Positions 62,123 through 64,000 of a stretch of 64,000 nucleotides of DNA are shown here, piece by piece. Both the position numbers and the translations under genes were made by a program. The notes below the pieces were generated by a model. That model made no database searches and was not told where the DNA came from. It saw nothing but the letters and a program-made list of their open reading frames with translations. Within the stretch, counting starts at the first letter, position 1. Each line of letters starts with the position of its first letter. The stretch is from a virus: IMG/VR virus record IMGVR_UViG_3300028920_000049. One strand, given 5' to 3'.

Positions 62123-62707
62123 CTAGCTCTCCTGAGGTTGGGGTTCAGCTTCGTCCATCATGCCCTTGACCTGGTCGACGAGACCGGCGACCTGCTCTTT
62201 GAGCTCGGACTGTTCTTGCTTGATCTGCTCTTTCTGCTCCTGAGTGACTTCAGGACGAAGACGTGCAACGTGTCCCTTGAGTGCGTTGGCCATGACCTCG
62301 CCCTCTTTCCAGGGCACACGCATCATCTCGACCTCGAGTTCCATCTGCATGGCAGCAGCGCGGACGGCCATGGCCTTGGCCTTACTGCTCTTGTTGTCCT
62401 CGATCTCTTCACAGGCATTGAGGATCTTGTTGCCCTTGGCGAGGAGATCCATCTCGCGAACAGCCTGCGGATCCTTGAGGTTCATCTCAGCACGCTTGTG
62501 AATGGCAGCGAACGGATTGCTGAGGAACTTTACGGTGTGGAAGTACCCACGAGCCACAGCGGTCTCGGCGAACGGCCTACTGTCAGCGTTCTTGAGCTGG
62601 CTGATCATGAAACGGGCAGCCTTAATCGACTTCTGGTGCTCCTTGATCTGCTCCTCGAGCTGCTCGATGGCGATCTGGTTCTCAGTCTTGACTTCGTCCT
62701 TACTCAT
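62123..62707 (-). CDS. coiled-coil hypothetical protein
   Basis: 194 aa with strongly biased codons and an AAGGAG RBS. Confidence 0.7.
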   Translation of the reverse strand: MSKDEVKTENQIAIEQLEEQIKEHQKSIKAARFMISQLKNADSRPFAETAVARGYFHTVKFLSNPFAAIHKRAEMNLKDPQAVREMDLLAKGNKILNACEEIEDNKSSKAKAMAVRAAAMQMELEVEMMRVPWKEGEVMANALKGHVARLRPEVTQEQKEQIKQEQSELKEQVAGLVDQVKGMMDEAEPQPQES

Positions 62708-62864
62708 GACTCTGCTCCTTGCAGTTTGCGTTGTTTTCTTCTTTCATCCCAAAGGATGAGGTAGTAATCAGCTACTCCAGTTAGCTTCTTTGACATCCAG
62801 AAACCTATGCCAAGGCAGGTTCCAGCTGCAATTAGCTTACCGGCAGTGATTGCAATGCTGGTCA

Positions 62865-63083
62865 TCAGTTCACGAAGAAGGTTTCTTCGTTGGGGCTTTT
62901 GGTATGTTCGACTTCGAAAATCTCGTCGATTACCAATCGAGCCTTTGCTCCGTCAGGGCCCTCAGTCTCATAGACTGCTGGCACCTTCTGGTCTTTGGCA
63001 ACTCTTTGCAAGAGAGAGTTGATAGCTGCTGGAATCCAGCCAGCATCTTCGCTCTCGACCGTGATCTTAACTCTGAACGCCAT
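62865..63083 (-). CDS. hypothetical protein
   Basis: 72 aa with a GGAGG RBS. Confidence 0.55.
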   Translation of the reverse strand: MAFRVKITVESEDAGWIPAAINSLLQRVAKDQKVPAVYETEGPDGAKARLVIDEIFEVEHTKSPNEETFFVN

Positions 63084-63089
63084 TGTTTC

Positions 63090-63491
63090 TCATCCTCCGT
63101 AGAGTGTTGTGTTGATTTTGCCTGCAATTCTCGTTGCTGCGTCGATTCCCAGTCCTCTGGTAACTCTAAGTTTGTATACCATGAACTGAAAGTCTCCTTG
63201 ACCTCTACCTGCTTCGCCTGGGACCAGAGGCTTGCCCTTGTAGGCTCCTATGACTTTGTCGCCGTACTTGGTTTTCATACCCTCAGTGACTTGGGTCTTG
63301 GTCCATGGCTCCATGACTTCTTTCCACCAGATCTTGGCTTTGGGAGTACCATGTTCATACGGACAATCCTGTATGTCCAGGATCCCATCGCCGTTAGTAT
63401 CTAGCTTTCCGAAGTCTTTTTCGAAGTCAATTTCACTACCGTCCCCGTCTTCGAGGGCTCCATCGAGCCAGCTGATGTCGAGGAACAGCAT
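63090..63491 (-). CDS. protein with an EF-hand-like calcium-binding loop
   Basis: DTNGDGILDIQD. Confidence 0.55.
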   Translation of the reverse strand: MLFLDISWLDGALEDGDGSEIDFEKDFGKLDTNGDGILDIQDCPYEHGTPKAKIWWKEVMEPWTKTQVTEGMKTKYGDKVIGAYKGKPLVPGEAGRGQGDFQFMVYKLRVTRGLGIDAATRIAGKINTTLYGG

Positions 63492-63688
63492 TGATCTCTC
63501 CTCTCCCGCAGTCTCTCAACAATGTAGGCTAGGCGAGACAAGCAGTCTTCCAGGTTTCCTAGCTGACCTAGGGTCATGGTTGGATCCTGGTTATAGATGG
63601 TATCAAGAACTGCTAGGTTAACGCGAAGGTCCATGCTGGCCATAGCCAGATCAAGCATTCTCTCCTGGTCCGGGGACAGTTGACTCAT
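63401..63688 (-). CDS. hypothetical protein
   Basis: 95 aa after AGGAG; overlaps the next ORF. Confidence 0.45.
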   Translation of the reverse strand: MSQLSPDQERMLDLAMASMDLRVNLAVLDTIYNQDPTMTLGQLGNLEDCLSRLAYIVERLRERRDQCCSSTSAGSMEPSKTGTVVKLTSKKTSES

Positions 63689-64000
63689 CGCATGCTCCTG
63701 AAATGTCGTTGCTTTCGAAGAGACGGACTTCTTCGTGGCCCTTGGTAAAGACCACAGGATACCTCTGGTTTGCGTTCTTCTCGGTCTGAGTGCGAGGGGA
63801 GCGAGTGAGGAGGAACAATTCTCCCTCTCTCCCGATGATCTTGCCGTTCATCTCGACGTCTTGTCCCAAAAGGATGCCGAAGATGCGGGAATTTTTGCAG
63901 AGTTTGAACTCTACCTTGCGTCCACGGAACGCATCGACATTGGTGAAGACCAGATCGTACTTTGCATGTTGCTTCCACCAGTCGATGTATTCTCGTTTAG
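63651..64000 (-). CDS. hypothetical protein, 5' end outside the window
   Basis: Frame is open from the window edge (KREYIDWWKQH...) through the track ORF 63651..63869. Confidence 0.55.
   Translation of the reverse strand, partial: KREYIDWWKQHAKYDLVFTNVDAFRGRKVEFKLCKNSRIFGILLGQDVEMNGKIIGREGELFLLTRSPRTQTEKNANQRYPVVFTKGHEEVRLFESNDISGACDESTVPGPGENA

Overview
The window is a 64 kb segment of a large (jumbo or huge) bacteriophage genome. Almost every gene lies on the minus strand, it reads in the standard genetic code, and it contains no virion structural genes. From 1 to 24 kb it holds replication, recombination and proteostasis genes: DnaE split into two genes, RecA, class II ribonucleotide reductase with an intein, RNase H, a 3'-5' exonuclease, a Whirly-like ssDNA-binding protein, a Ycf46/DUF1257/DUF2997 AAA module, ClpP, and a retron-type reverse transcriptase overlapping an HNH gene. 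From 24 to 51 kb is a dense RNA-gene region. It has 29 tRNAs covering all 20 amino acids, a tmRNA (tag ANDNTVAFAQAA), a Ro60/TROVE gene, and seven Y-RNA-like genes sharing an exactly spaced motif GUGAARNNNNGAGWUACUUC. It also has several unexplained structured RNAs, tRNA remnants, HNH homing endonucleases and host-type genes (peptide deformylase, Hsp20 with a ROSE-like thermometer, REC-GGDEF cyclase, ferritin-like protein, saccharopine dehydrogenase-like enzyme). From 51 to 64 kb are an RlaP-like nucleotidyltransferase, SpoVG, a P-loop kinase, SSB, a CCA-adding enzyme, a DUF932-like protein and hypothetical genes. The strongest leads are the expanded modular Ro60/Y-RNA repertoire, the retron RT-HNH unit, the phage Whirly homologue, and nine ORFs whose stop codons lie inside the 5' end of the next tRNA or tmRNA. 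All structures and family calls were made by eye, without searches or folding software.
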